A stretch of DNA of 64,000 nt from an uncultured Candidatus Rokubacteria bacterium (GCA_963826115.1 CAWGVS010000006.1:384001-448000), one strand, 5' to 3'. Shown: positions 19,716-30,110, counted from the stretch's first letter. Translations and numbers: made by a program. Notes: generated by a model from the letters alone, not told the origin.

Positions 19716-20846
19716 GTGCGCATCGCGATCGTCCACGACTACCTGAACCAGCGCGGGGGGGCGGAGCGCGTGGTGGCGGCGTTCCACGAGATGTTCCCCG
19801 AGGCGCCGATCTTCACTAGCGTGCTGGACCGGTCAGCGCTCTGGCCCGAGCTCCGGTCGGCGGACATTCGGGTGTCCTGGATGCAGCGCCTGCCAGGCCT
19901 CCGGCGGCACTTCAAGAAGTACCTCCTCCTGTACCCCCTGGTGTTCGAGCGGCTCGACCTGAGCGGGTACGACCTGGTGCTGTCGTCGAGCTCGGCCTAC
20001 GCGAAGGGGACGAAGGCGCCCCGCGGCGGCGCTCACGTCTGCTACTGCCACACGCCCGCTCGGTTCATCTGGAACTACGAGCAGTACGTTGCGCACGAGG
20101 ATCTCGGGCTGGCCGTTCGGACCCTGCTGCCGTTCGGTATCCGGTTCCTGCGGGGATGGGATCTCCGGACCGCGAACCGACCCACCGCGTACGTGGCGAA
20201 CTCCCGCGTTGTGGCCGATCGGATCGGTCGGTTCTACAAACGGAACGCGACGGTCGTGCCGCCTCCGGTGGATGTGGCGCGCTTCCGAGGCGTCATGGCC
20301 GAGCCTGGCGACTACTACCTGGTTGTGTCGAGGCTCAACGCCTACAAGCGCATCGACCTGGCGGTAGAGGCCTTCAACCGGCTCCGGCTACCCCTGGTCA
20401 TCGCGGGCGACGGGCCACGCGGCCCCGCGCTCAGACGCATGGCGGGACCCACGATCCGGTTCCTGGGGCACGTTGACGAGCGCGAGCTGCTGACGCTCAT
20501 GGCGGGCTGCCGGGCCCTCATCTTCCCGGGCGAGGAGGACTTCGGGATCACTGTCGTCGAGGCGAACGCGGCCGGCCGGCCTGTCGTGGCCTACCTGGGC
20601 GGCGGGGCCCTCGACACCGTCGACCCGGGTGTGACCGGGGTGTTCTTCTCCGAGCCCTCGCCCGAGAGCCTAGCGGACGCGGTGCTCCGCAGCGCCCAGA
20701 TCCCCTGGGACTCGAGCGCCATCCGGCAGCACGCCTCGCGGTTCGACGGGGTGGCCTTCCGGCAGCGCATGGACGCCGTCCTCGCCCCTTTCATGCCGCG
20801 TCCCGCGGCCGGGCGCGCGGCCGACCGGGCGTCCGCGACGCGCTAG
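19716..20846 (+). CDS. Glycosyltransferase family 4 (mannosyltransferase-like)
   Basis: AIVHDYLNQRGGAERV, CYCHTPAR, KRIDLAV and EEDFGITVVEANAAG. GTG start 3 nt after the previous stop. Confidence 0.92.
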   Translation: MRIAIVHDYLNQRGGAERVVAAFHEMFPEAPIFTSVLDRSALWPELRSADIRVSWMQRLPGLRRHFKKYLLLYPLVFERLDLSGYDLVLSSSSAYAKGTKAPRGGAHVCYCHTPARFIWNYEQYVAHEDLGLAVRTLLPFGIRFLRGWDLRTANRPTAYVANSRVVADRIGRFYKRNATVVPPPVDVARFRGVMAEPGDYYLVVSRLNAYKRIDLAVEAFNRLRLPLVIAGDGPRGPALRRMAGPTIRFLGHVDERELLTLMAGCRALIFPGEEDFGITVVEANAAGRPVVAYLGGGALDTVDPGVTGVFFSEPSPESLADAVLRSAQIPWDSSAIRQHASRFDGVAFRQRMDAVLAPFMPRPAAGRAADRASATR

Positions 20847-20866
20847 GGCGGCACTCCCTGCCTCAG

Positions 20867-21928
20867 ATGCTCGAGCGTATCCGTCCGCCTCGCGATGGCT
20901 CGCGCGACGCGGCGCCGGCACTGCCGGCTGCGCGGCGGGCCGCCAGGCTGCAGATCTCCGTCCTGGTCCCGACCTATCGTCGCCCGACGGACCTGCGCCG
21001 GTGTCTCGACGCGCTGGCCGCGCAGTCGAGACGGCCCGACCAGTTGGTCGTGGTCGTCCGCGACGTCGACGCGGAGTCGCACGAGGTGGTCGAGTCGTTC
21101 CGACTGCGCGCGAAAGACCTCAACGTCCAGGTCGCGACGGTTAGCCACCCCGGGATCCTGCCCGCCATGAACACCGGCTTAGCCGCGATGTCTGGCGACG
21201 TGCTCTGCTTCACCGACGACGACGCGGAGCCATTTCCGGACTGGCTGGAGCGCATCGAGCGGTGGTACGAGGATCCGTCGATCGCAGGTGTCGGCGGGCG
21301 GGACCTGAATGTGCTCGCGCCGCAGACGCTGACCCAGTCTTGCCGCGTGGTGGGCCGATGGACCTGGTACGGGCGAGTCGAGGGAAACCACCACCTCGCG
21401 CTCGAGCCGGCGCGGCCGGTCGATGTCTTCGTCCTGAAGGGCGTGAACATGTCGTACCGCGCGAGCGTCTTCGAGGGATTCCGGCTGGACGAGCGGCTGG
21501 CCACCTTCGCGACGAGCGAGTACGAGTTTGACGCCGGGTCATTCGCACGCCGCAACGGTGGCCGGCTCGTCTACGACCCCCAGGTTCTGGTGCGCCACTA
21601 CACCAGCCCCCGGGCGGAGTGGGGGCGGGAGGACCTCGTCCGGTTCTACGACCACTCCCACAACCTGACGTACGTGATGCTGAAGCAGCTCCCGCTGGGC
21701 CGCCGGCTGATCTTCCTTTTCTACATGTTCCTCGTCGGCCAGCGGGCGTCGTGGGGCCTGGTCACCATCCTCCACCAGGCCGTGGTCCGGCGGCGCCTCG
21801 TACCGTGGGCCGAGATCCAGCAGTCAATGTCCGGGAAGATCGACGCCATCCGCACGTATCTCGCCTGGCGGCGGGAGCAGCGCGCCCGGCCCCCGCGAGA
21901 CTCTGGCGGACGGTCCTCGATCGGCTGA
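20867..21928 (+). CDS. Glycosyltransferase family 2
   Basis: SVLVPTYRRP, FTDDDA (DxD) and GVNMSYR. Confidence 0.9.
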   Translation: MLERIRPPRDGSRDAAPALPAARRAARLQISVLVPTYRRPTDLRRCLDALAAQSRRPDQLVVVVRDVDAESHEVVESFRLRAKDLNVQVATVSHPGILPAMNTGLAAMSGDVLCFTDDDAEPFPDWLERIERWYEDPSIAGVGGRDLNVLAPQTLTQSCRVVGRWTWYGRVEGNHHLALEPARPVDVFVLKGVNMSYRASVFEGFRLDERLATFATSEYEFDAGSFARRNGGRLVYDPQVLVRHYTSPRAEWGREDLVRFYDHSHNLTYVMLKQLPLGRRLIFLFYMFLVGQRASWGLVTILHQAVVRRRLVPWAEIQQSMSGKIDAIRTYLAWRREQRARPPRDSGGRSSIG

Positions 21929-21960
21929 CGGGCGCCCGCTGGCCTCGACACCGACCACAC

Positions 21961-23322
21961 ATGAGCTCCAACGAGAAGCCCGAGCGGCCCGCGCGCGCGT
22001 TCCGGCGGCGACTCACTGGGAGCCGGCTCGAGTGGCTCCCCGAGGGGTTCGCTCAGGGGGCCGCGGTGCTGCTGGGCGGCCGGGCGGGGTTCCATGCGCT
22101 GGGCCTACTGAGCGGCGTCTTCCTGGCCCGCGGCCTGGGACCGGACGGCCGGGGCTCGTACGTCGCGGTGCTGCTCTGGCCGATCTTCCTGGGGGGGCTC
22201 GCGACTCTCGCCGTCCAGCGATCCGCTCTCTACCTCAGGGCCCGTCATCCCGAGTACGAGCGCGACCTGGCCGCGACGGGCGTGTGGGTGGCACTGCTGG
22301 CGGGTGGCGGGCTGGTGCTGGCCGGGGAGTTGTGCCTCCCGTGGCTCCTGCAGGGGCACCCGGACTGGGTGTTCCACCTCGCTCGCATCGGGCTCCTGGT
22401 GGCGCCAGTGATGACTCTGACCGACGTGCTGATGAGCCTGTTCGACGGTGCCCGGGAGTACCGGCTGCTGACCGCGTTCCGGATCGGCCCCCTGCTCTGC
22501 CAGGTGGTGGGGTTCGGCGTGCTGCTCCTGTTTCACGCCCTGACTGTGACGACCGCGGTCTGGCTGTGGATCGTCATCACCGTGGTGTTCTGCGGTATCC
22601 AGTACCTGGTGGTAGCCAGGCGCTCCGGCGTGGTCATGTGGCCGCGGCCGGCAGTGGTCCGGGAGAGCCGCCGGTACGCGGTTCGGTCCTACCCGACCTT
22701 CATCGCCGATCTCGCCGCGTCCTTCCTGGACCAGCTCTACCTGGTGCCTATCCTGTCGGCCACGGACATGGGCCTGTACGTAATCGCCACACGATCGGCC
22801 ATTATCGTCGACGTGCCGGTGGCCATCGCTCAGCTCCTGTTCACGTTCGTGGCGCGGATGTCGCCGGCGCAGGGCATCGGACTGGCGCAGCGAGTCGCGA
22901 TGATCGGCGTGGTGGTCACGGCCGTCCTGGGAGGCGCGCTGTTCGTCGCCTCTGGGCCGTTGATCCTCTTCCTCTACGGCCACGCGTTCGAGGGCGCGAT
23001 CGCGCCGTTCCGGATCTTGGTGGTCGGGGCGTTCGCGATCGGCGTGCGGAAGATCCTCGCCGAGGGCCTGAGCGGGATGGGGAAGCCGCAGTACGGTGGC
23101 GCAGGGCAGGTGATGGCGCTGGTGGCGATGACGGCGCTGCTTTGGACCCTGGTGCCGCGGGGTGGCATTCTCGGAGCGGTGTGGGCGGTCGCCATATCGC
23201 AGTGGGTGAACCTGGCGGTGACCGGCTTCCTGTTCTGGCGAGAGCGGCAGCGCGTGATCAGGGCCAGTTCGATCGATCGGCTCGAGGGCGAGGCCCAGGC
23301 GTCGCATCGGGGGCGCCCGTGA
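21961..23322 (+). CDS. wzx: Wzx-type oligosaccharide flippase
   Basis: LARGLGPDGRG motif, about 12 TMs, DQL...GLYVIA and LVPRGGILGA. Confidence 0.85.
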   Translation: MSSNEKPERPARAFRRRLTGSRLEWLPEGFAQGAAVLLGGRAGFHALGLLSGVFLARGLGPDGRGSYVAVLLWPIFLGGLATLAVQRSALYLRARHPEYERDLAATGVWVALLAGGGLVLAGELCLPWLLQGHPDWVFHLARIGLLVAPVMTLTDVLMSLFDGAREYRLLTAFRIGPLLCQVVGFGVLLLFHALTVTTAVWLWIVITVVFCGIQYLVVARRSGVVMWPRPAVVRESRRYAVRSYPTFIADLAASFLDQLYLVPILSATDMGLYVIATRSAIIVDVPVAIAQLLFTFVARMSPAQGIGLAQRVAMIGVVVTAVLGGALFVASGPLILFLYGHAFEGAIAPFRILVVGAFAIGVRKILAEGLSGMGKPQYGGAGQVMALVAMTALLWTLVPRGGILGAVWAVAISQWVNLAVTGFLFWRERQRVIRASSIDRLEGEAQASHRGRP

Positions 23323-23395
23323 GAACGCGGAGGGCGGGGCGGGTGGATTGCGGGCGACCCGGCGTGATCCGGGTCGCGGGAGAGAGGCGTAGTCT

Positions 23396-24829
23396 GTGAA
23401 TGCGATGACGTCGAATCGTTCCGCGTACCTGGTGGCCGGCGCGCTGTGCGCCCTGGCAGCCATCGTGTTCTGGCAGATCCTCGCGGTGCAAGGGGACGTC
23501 CGGCTCGTCGCCGTGCTGGTCGGCGCCGTTGCGCTCGTTTACCTCTGCATGACACGGCCCCGGGTCACGCTTCTGGTCACCATGGCGTGGCTGCCGTTCC
23601 TCGGCTTCACGCGACGCCTCATGGACCCGGGCGGCGAGCCGGGGGCCGACCCGATGCTGCTCGTCGTCCCGATCGTCACCATCGTGCTGACCGCGCAGGC
23701 GGCCTGGAACTGCCGAGAGCGGCTCCTGACGAGCATCGACCGCTCCCGGACGACCATGCTGGTCACGCTCCTGCTGCTGGCGTTGATCCTGTCGGTGTTC
23801 AATCCGATACAAGGGGACCCGCTGGTCGGACTGAGCGGCACCATCTTCCTGTTCTTCCCAGTGCTGTGGTTCTACCTTGGGCGCATGTACTTCGACGACG
23901 ACACAGTCATGCTCATCCTGCGGATCCTGGTTTGGACGGGCTTCGTGTGCGCCCTGTACGGCGCGTACCAGGCCGTCGCCGGGTTCTCTGCTGCGGAGGA
24001 GCACTGGATCGCGACCCGGAACTTCGCGTCGCTCCAGGTCGGCCGGTTCATCCGGCCGGTCTCCACGTTCCCGAGCCCCGAGGAGTGGAGCCGCTACATG
24101 GTGGTTGCGGCGATCTCCGCGCTCGGGCTCGCCATGGCGGGGGCGCGCCGCCGCCTGGCGCTGGTCGTGGTCGGCGTGATCTGCGTCGGCGTTGTGTTCC
24201 TGAGCGCCATCCGCATCTCGGCCTTCGGCCTCATGGTGAGCTTCGCGGTCCTGGTGGTCGTGATGGCCAAGTCGCGCGCCCGGGCGGTCGGGGCGCTCGC
24301 CGGCCTGGCGCTGCTGGCGTTCGTGTTCACGTGGGTGGCCCCGGCGATCTCCATGAACGAGGAGTACGCGTCGAACGTGGCGCTGGACGCGTTCTTCGGC
24401 CGCGCCAGCCGGGGCATCGTGGACCCCTTGAGCGAGGGGACGCTGTGGGAGCGGGTTGACCTGTGGCTCGACCTGTTCGGCCGGATCATCCCGCAGTACC
24501 CGCTGGGCATGGGCCTGAGCGTGCCCACGCTCGGCGCCTGGCGGTTCGACTCCGCGGTGAAGGTCGGGACCGAGAGCTACGCGGTCGCCCTTTTCGTGGC
24601 GACCGGCTTCATCGGCGGTGGCCTTCTCCTCGCCGTGTTCTGGGGGATCATCGCGCGGATGATACGGCTCTACCGACGCTCAGCCGATCCGGTCGTCGGT
24701 ATCGTCACCGCTCTCACGGCCGGGATCATTTTCACCAGCCTGGTGGGCAACAGTCTGTCGCTGTACACGGTTGGGCCGCTGGGTTGGGGTCTCATGGGAT
24801 GGCTCTCCGCGCGGGAGTCGGGCGCATGA
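23396..24829 (+). CDS. Wzy-like polymerase / O-antigen ligase family membrane protein
   Basis: Polytopic protein with RPVSTFPSP, LSAIR and YPLGMGL motifs. Adjacent to wzx. Confidence 0.75.
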   Translation: MNAMTSNRSAYLVAGALCALAAIVFWQILAVQGDVRLVAVLVGAVALVYLCMTRPRVTLLVTMAWLPFLGFTRRLMDPGGEPGADPMLLVVPIVTIVLTAQAAWNCRERLLTSIDRSRTTMLVTLLLLALILSVFNPIQGDPLVGLSGTIFLFFPVLWFYLGRMYFDDDTVMLILRILVWTGFVCALYGAYQAVAGFSAAEEHWIATRNFASLQVGRFIRPVSTFPSPEEWSRYMVVAAISALGLAMAGARRRLALVVVGVICVGVVFLSAIRISAFGLMVSFAVLVVVMAKSRARAVGALAGLALLAFVFTWVAPAISMNEEYASNVALDAFFGRASRGIVDPLSEGTLWERVDLWLDLFGRIIPQYPLGMGLSVPTLGAWRFDSAVKVGTESYAVALFVATGFIGGGLLLAVFWGIIARMIRLYRRSADPVVGIVTALTAGIIFTSLVGNSLSLYTVGPLGWGLMGWLSARESGA

Positions 24830-24907
24830 CCAGTCGCACAACGGCCGGACTGGACGGATCCGCTGGACGCCCGGCCGCGGCCGGCGGCGCGAAAGGCGAC
24901 TGAGGCC

Positions 24908-26785
24908 ATGTGTGGAATCTTCGGAGTCAAGGGCGGGATCGAGGGGGCGCCCTTCGATCGGATGGACGCGGCGATCACCCACCGGGGGCCCGACTCCGGC
25001 GGGCTCCACGTGGACCGCGCCGGCGACGTCGCCATCGGGATCCGTCGGCTGCGGATCATCGACCTCCAGACGGGCGAGCAGCCAATCCACAACGAGGACA
25101 AGACGGTGTGGATCGTCTTCAACGGCGAGATCTACAACTACGCCGAGCTGCGGGCGCTGCTGGAGGGGAAGGGCCATCGGTTCTACACGCGCTCGGACAC
25201 GGAGACGATCGTCCATCTGTACGAGGAGTATGGGACGGCGTGCGTCCAGTTCCTGCGCGGGATGTTCGGATTCGCGCTCTGGGACGCACCGCGTCGCCGA
25301 CTCCTGCTGGCGCGGGATCGGCTCGGCGTGAAGCCCCTCTACTACTGGCAGAGTGGCCGCCAGCTAGTCTTCGGATCGGAGATCAAGGCGATCCTCGAGC
25401 ACCCGGCGGTCCCGCGCTCGGTCGACCGTGAGGCACTGCTGAGCCACCTCTCGCTCCAGTACGTGCCCCACCCGCGCACGATGTTTGCCGGCATCTCGAA
25501 GCTCCCGCCCGGGCACGTGCTGCTCGCCGACGACCGGGGGGTCTCCATCGAGCGCTACTGGGCGCCCACATTCGCGAACGTCCCCCGGCCCGTGCCCGAG
25601 TCGGTCATCGTCGAGGAGTGCCAGCAGCTCCTCCAGGAGGCGGTGGCGCTCCGGCTCGTCGCGGACGTCCCGGTCGGGGCGCTGCTCTCGGGTGGCGTCG
25701 ACTCGAGCCTCGTCGTCGCCCTCATGGCCCGGCAGACCTCGAATCGTGTCAAGACGTTCACGGTCGGCTTCGAGGAGGCGGGCGGCTACAGCGAGCTGGC
25801 CGAGGCGCGGCGCGTGGCGAACCTGATCGGGACCGAGCATCACGAGGAGATCCTGAAGCCGGTCCAGGTCGAAGCGCTCCTGCCGAGGCTGATCTGGCAC
25901 ATGGACGAGCCGATCGCGGACCAGGCGGCGATCCCGACGTATCTGATCTGCCAGGCGGCGGCGTCCCGCGTCCGGGTCGTCCTGACCGGGGAGGGGGGCG
26001 ACGAGATCTTCGGCGGCTACCCCCGCTACGCCTGGTTCCAGATCGCCGCTGCGCTCCACCGGCGAGCGCCCGGCCTGGCCGCGGTGACCGCGGCCGCGCT
26101 TCGGAGCGTGACCTGGCGCCCCGAGGCCCGGCGAAAGCAGGAATTGCTTCTCGGCGCGTTCGGCGACGCCGAGCGACACCTCCGCTGGATCGGAACGTTC
26201 GCCGGCCCGGAGCTGGCGAGCGTGCGTGGGCCGGCCCTCATCGACGGCTTGCCGCAGGATCCGGCCCTGGACCGGGCGGCGCGGGTGCTCGCGGGCTCCG
26301 GGACCGACCTGGTCCATCGGCTCATGGCGCTCGACCTGGACGGGTGGTTTCCCGACAACATTCTCGCCAAGGTCGACAAGATGAGCATGGCCCACTCCCT
26401 CGAGGCGCGGGAGCCACTTCTGGATCATCGGCTCGTCGAGGTGATGGGGACCATCCCGTCGCGGTTCAAGGTTCGCGGGCTCAAGACCAAGATCCTGCTG
26501 AAACTGGTGGCGGAGCGCGTTTTGCCGCCCGAGGTCGTGCACCGCCGGAAGCACCCGTTCCGGGTCCCGATCGGACCGTGGCTCCGAGGGCCGCTCGATG
26601 GCCTCGCGCGCGAGCTCCTGGCGCCCGAGGCGCTCCGTCGCGACGGGTACTTCGATGTCGCCCGGGTTAGCGCGCTGCTGCGGGCGCACCGCGAGGGGCA
26701 GCGGGACACGAACCGCCAGCTGTGGGCGCTTCTCTGCTTCCAGCTCTGGCACGCGATCTTCATCGCGCGCTCCGTGAAGGTGTGA
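24908..26785 (+). CDS. asnB: Asparagine synthase (glutamine-hydrolysing)-type amidotransferase
   Basis: MCGI N-terminal nucleophile, HRGPD, FNGEIYN, LLSGGVDSS, LTGEGGDE and KVDKMSMAHSLEAR. Confidence 0.95.
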   Translation: MCGIFGVKGGIEGAPFDRMDAAITHRGPDSGGLHVDRAGDVAIGIRRLRIIDLQTGEQPIHNEDKTVWIVFNGEIYNYAELRALLEGKGHRFYTRSDTETIVHLYEEYGTACVQFLRGMFGFALWDAPRRRLLLARDRLGVKPLYYWQSGRQLVFGSEIKAILEHPAVPRSVDREALLSHLSLQYVPHPRTMFAGISKLPPGHVLLADDRGVSIERYWAPTFANVPRPVPESVIVEECQQLLQEAVALRLVADVPVGALLSGGVDSSLVVALMARQTSNRVKTFTVGFEEAGGYSELAEARRVANLIGTEHHEEILKPVQVEALLPRLIWHMDEPIADQAAIPTYLICQAAASRVRVVLTGEGGDEIFGGYPRYAWFQIAAALHRRAPGLAAVTAAALRSVTWRPEARRKQELLLGAFGDAERHLRWIGTFAGPELASVRGPALIDGLPQDPALDRAARVLAGSGTDLVHRLMALDLDGWFPDNILAKVDKMSMAHSLEAREPLLDHRLVEVMGTIPSRFKVRGLKTKILLKLVAERVLPPEVVHRRKHPFRVPIGPWLRGPLDGLARELLAPEALRRDGYFDVARVSALLRAHREGQRDTNRQLWALLCFQLWHAIFIARSVKV

Positions 26786-27954
26786 AGACAGCCGACGGCC
26801 CCCCGTCGGGCGGTGATCGGGTGTTCTGCGTGACACTCGATTTCCCGCCTCGGGTCGGGGGGATCCAGATCATGGTGCACCGGCTCGCCCTGAGCTTTCC
26901 GTCGCTCCGGCCGCTGGTCGTCGCGCCGGTGAGCCCGGGCGCCGCCGACTTCGACGCGAGCCTGCCGGTGCCCGTGGTCCGCGTGTGGCCGGAGCCGTCC
27001 GGCGGGCGTGTGCGGAAGCTCTTGTGCCTCCTCAGCATGTTCGGCCGCACGATCCTCGAGGCCTGGCGCCTGCGCCCGCGAGTTCTCCTCTGCAGCCACG
27101 TCGTGGTCGCGCCGATCGCCCGGGCGGTGCGGTGGCGCTTCGGCGCACCGTTCGCCGTCTACGTGCACGCCTACGAGCTCATCCACCTGAAGGGCGTCTT
27201 GGCCCGCTGTCTCCGGGCGGCGGACGCGGTGATCGCCGATAGCCACTACTCGAAGGAGCTCGCGATCCGGCTGGGCGTGCAGGCTGATCGGGTGGCGGTG
27301 ATCGGGCAGGGGGCCGACGCCGACGTCGAGCCGGCGGCCTCGAGCGATCAGGTGGGGAGAGGCGCCCGGAGCCTCATCCTGTGCGTCGCCCGGATGGAGG
27401 AGCTCTACAAGGGCCAGGACGTTCTGATTCGGAGTCTTCCGATCGTCGCGGCCCGGGTGCCGGAGGTGCGGCTGGTGCTGGTCGGCGAGGGTCCGTATCG
27501 CGACTACTTCCAGCGGCTCGCCGAGTCCATGGGCGTGTCCGACCGGGTGCTCTTCACGGGGCGCGTCTCCGACGCTGAGCGCGACCGCTGGTTCCGGGAG
27601 TGCGACGTCTTCGCCATGCTGAGCCGCGTGAGCGCGCTGGACGGTGCCGGTGAGGGCTTCGGAGTCGCGTATGTCGAGGCGGCAGCGCACGGGAAGCCGG
27701 TCGTGGCCGGGCGTGCCGGAGGTTCGGTGGACGCGGTGCTCGACGGGGTCACGGGGCTCCTGCCGGATCCCCAGAGCGTGCCGGAGGTCGCCGACGCGCT
27801 CGTGCGCCTTCTGACGGACCGGGATCTCGCGCGGAGGCTCGGGGAGGCGGGGCGCCTGCGGGTTGCGACGGACCTCAGCTGGCGCGAGATCGGCCGCCGT
27901 GTGGAGGGCGTCCTCCGGAACGCCATGGCCGTGACGGAGACGGCGCGCCGCTGA
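26782..27954 (+). CDS. Glycosyltransferase family 4
   Basis: DFPPRVGGIQ, YKGQD and EGFGVAYVEAAAHGKPVV. GTG coupled to the asnB stop. Confidence 0.9.
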   Translation: MKTADGPPSGGDRVFCVTLDFPPRVGGIQIMVHRLALSFPSLRPLVVAPVSPGAADFDASLPVPVVRVWPEPSGGRVRKLLCLLSMFGRTILEAWRLRPRVLLCSHVVVAPIARAVRWRFGAPFAVYVHAYELIHLKGVLARCLRAADAVIADSHYSKELAIRLGVQADRVAVIGQGADADVEPAASSDQVGRGARSLILCVARMEELYKGQDVLIRSLPIVAARVPEVRLVLVGEGPYRDYFQRLAESMGVSDRVLFTGRVSDAERDRWFRECDVFAMLSRVSALDGAGEGFGVAYVEAAAHGKPVVAGRAGGSVDAVLDGVTGLLPDPQSVPEVADALVRLLTDRDLARRLGEAGRLRVATDLSWREIGRRVEGVLRNAMAVTETARR

Positions 27955-27962
27955 GCTCTGGG

Positions 27963-29141
27963 TTGCGGGTCGCCCTCGTCAATCACAGCGGAGAGGTCAG
28001 CGGGGCCGAGGTGAGCCTCCTCGGGACCGCGGACGCCCTCCGCGGCGCCGGCGTCCGCGTCCTCGTCGTCGCCCCCGAGTCGGGTGACCTGGCCACCCGC
28101 GCGCGGGCGGCGGGCCACGACGTGGAGACGGTACCGTTCCCGGCGCCCCGCCTGACGCGCAATCCGTTCCTCGCCGCGCGTCGGCTCGGCGCGCTGGCCG
28201 GCGCCGCGTCGCCCCTGGCCCACCTCGTCCGTCGCCGGGAAATCGAGCTCGTCCACGCCAACTCCGTGCGGGCGGGCCTCATCTGCTCGCTCGGGCGGCC
28301 CCTCCATCGCCGGCCGGTCGTCTGGAGCGTCCGGGACTTCGTGCCTGTGAGCGCCGTGGGCGTGGCCATCCGCGTGGCGGCGGGCTTCGGCGCCGCGCGG
28401 ATCGTCGGAAACTCGAACGTGATCTCGGCCGACTTCGCGAGGTGGCCGTGGCTCCGGGCGCGGGCGCACACCGTTTATCCGGGCGTCCCGGCCAGCGCGT
28501 TCGACGCGGCAGAGGGGCCGAACTTCCGGGAGGCTTGGGGTGTGGCGCCGACGGACATGGTCGTCGGCTGCGTCGGCCAGATCGCCCCGTGGAAGCGTGT
28601 CCATGACGCACTCGCGGCGTTCCGCGCGGTCGCCGCGGCTTCCGCCGCCGCTCGCATGGTGATCGTTGGCGCCCCGAAGTTCCGCGCCGAGAACCAGGCG
28701 TACCTGGCCGAGCTCCAGGCGCTCGTCGCCGGCTGGGGGCTCGCGCCACGCGTCGTGTTCGCGGGCTTCCAGGAGGACGTCCAGCGCGTCTTCCGGAGCA
28801 TCGACGTCCTCATCCATGCCACCGACCGGGAGCCCTTCGGCCGGGTCCTCGTTGAGGCCATGGCCCAACGGGTCCCGGTCGTGGCGGTTGGCGCCGCCGG
28901 CATCGTCGAGATCGTGCGGGATGGCCAGACCGGCTTCCTGGTGGCCGCGGGCGACACGGCCTCGATGGCCGCGCGGACGCTCGATCTCCTGCGGGACGGC
29001 GCGCTGCGGCGCCGGATGGGCGAGGCCGCGCGCCAGCGGGCGTGGGAGACCTTCCGCACGGATGAGGCCGCGCGACGTCTCGTCGAGATCTACCGAGCGG
29101 TGCTGGCCGAGCGGGCCGGGGGCGCCCACGCGCTGGCCTGA
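27963..29141 (+). CDS. Glycosyltransferase family 4
   Basis: SGAEVSL, GQIAPWK and EPFGRVLVEAMA. TTG start. Confidence 0.9.
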   Translation: MRVALVNHSGEVSGAEVSLLGTADALRGAGVRVLVVAPESGDLATRARAAGHDVETVPFPAPRLTRNPFLAARRLGALAGAASPLAHLVRRREIELVHANSVRAGLICSLGRPLHRRPVVWSVRDFVPVSAVGVAIRVAAGFGAARIVGNSNVISADFARWPWLRARAHTVYPGVPASAFDAAEGPNFREAWGVAPTDMVVGCVGQIAPWKRVHDALAAFRAVAAASAAARMVIVGAPKFRAENQAYLAELQALVAGWGLAPRVVFAGFQEDVQRVFRSIDVLIHATDREPFGRVLVEAMAQRVPVVAVGAAGIVEIVRDGQTGFLVAAGDTASMAARTLDLLRDGALRRRMGEAARQRAWETFRTDEAARRLVEIYRAVLAERAGGAHALA

Positions 29142-29159
29142 GCGCGCGCCCCCCCACTC

Positions 29160-30056
29160 TCAGGAGCGGTTCCCGGCCCTCCGGAAGAGCAACCGCTCGA
29201 GGCGCGCCCCGCGGACGATGCCAGGAAGCTTCCGCAGCGACCGGTTCCGGGCGAGGTAGATCGGCAGGTGGAGAAAGTAGAGGACGTGGAAGCCGATCGC
29301 CTTCAAAGGATTGGGAAACAGCACGAGGTAGCGCTTCGCGCCCACGTAGAGGCGCGCAGATTCGCACAGGGCGGCGTACTGGTCGATGGTCGGCCTGTCC
29401 TCAGCAGCGCGCTCGACGAGCGTGCTCCGAGTGGCGCCGGTGTCGCGGCTCCGTAGCTCCGGGGCGTGCCGGATGGCGTAGCCGGACTTCAGCGCCCGGA
29501 GCGAGAGCTCCGCATCCTCGTAGCCGAAGAAGATGTTCTCGTCGAAGCGGTGCGTGTTCAGGAAGCGACGCGGGAACACCGTCGCCTGGATGGCGACGGC
29601 CTCGGGCGTGGCCGCCGGCACGAAGTAGCCGCGGAACGAGAGCCGCACCGGCACGCTAGCGACTCCGTCCTCGCGCACCGACACGCCGGTCAGGATGACC
29701 CGGTCCCAGCCCGGCCCGATCGTCGCGTAGTGAGCAAGCGCGTTCGCGAAGAAGTCGCGGTCGACGATCACGTCGTCGTCCACGAAGCTCACGAGGTCGA
29801 TGTCCGGCCGCACAGAGGCCAGCGCGTGGTTCCGGTTCGCGCACACGCCGCGGCGCGGGCCCTCGAGGTACGTGGCGGCCGGCACGCGCTCGACGATCGC
29901 GCGGTTCCTCGCGCGCATGGCGGGATCGGCGGAGTCGTCCGACACGACGATCTGGTCGGGAGACTCCGTCGAGGCCTGGAATGCGGCGAGGCATGCCGAC
30001 AGGGGCTCGGGCCGGTTCCGAGTGGTCACGCAGGCCGCGATCTTCACCGCCCCCAC
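29160..30056 (-). CDS. Glycosyltransferase family 2
   Basis: ACVTTRNRP, VSDD, FVDDD and FGYEDAE. The start may be GTG 30047. Confidence 0.88.
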   Translation of the reverse strand: MGAVKIAACVTTRNRPEPLSACLAAFQASTESPDQIVVSDDSADPAMRARNRAIVERVPAATYLEGPRRGVCANRNHALASVRPDIDLVSFVDDDVIVDRDFFANALAHYATIGPGWDRVILTGVSVREDGVASVPVRLSFRGYFVPAATPEAVAIQATVFPRRFLNTHRFDENIFFGYEDAELSLRALKSGYAIRHAPELRSRDTGATRSTLVERAAEDRPTIDQYAALCESARLYVGAKRYLVLFPNPLKAIGFHVLYFLHLPIYLARNRSLRKLPGIVRGARLERLLFRRAGNRS

Positions 30057-30080
30057 CTTGCCATGGCCGAGCAGGGCGCC

Positions 30081-30110
30081 AGTCTACCGGAGCGCGCCCG
30101 ACCCGGTCAA
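30081..30110 (-). promoter_or_regulatory. Putative sigma70 promoter for the GT2 gene
   Basis: Minus strand TTGACC-18 nt-TAGACT. Confidence 0.55.

Noticed and set aside
23338-23351. GG-N10-GC (GGCGGGTGGATTGC) upstream of the wzy-like gene as a fourth sigma54 promoter
   Set aside because: It lacks the CAC of the -24 element and is too weak to call in GC-rich DNA.
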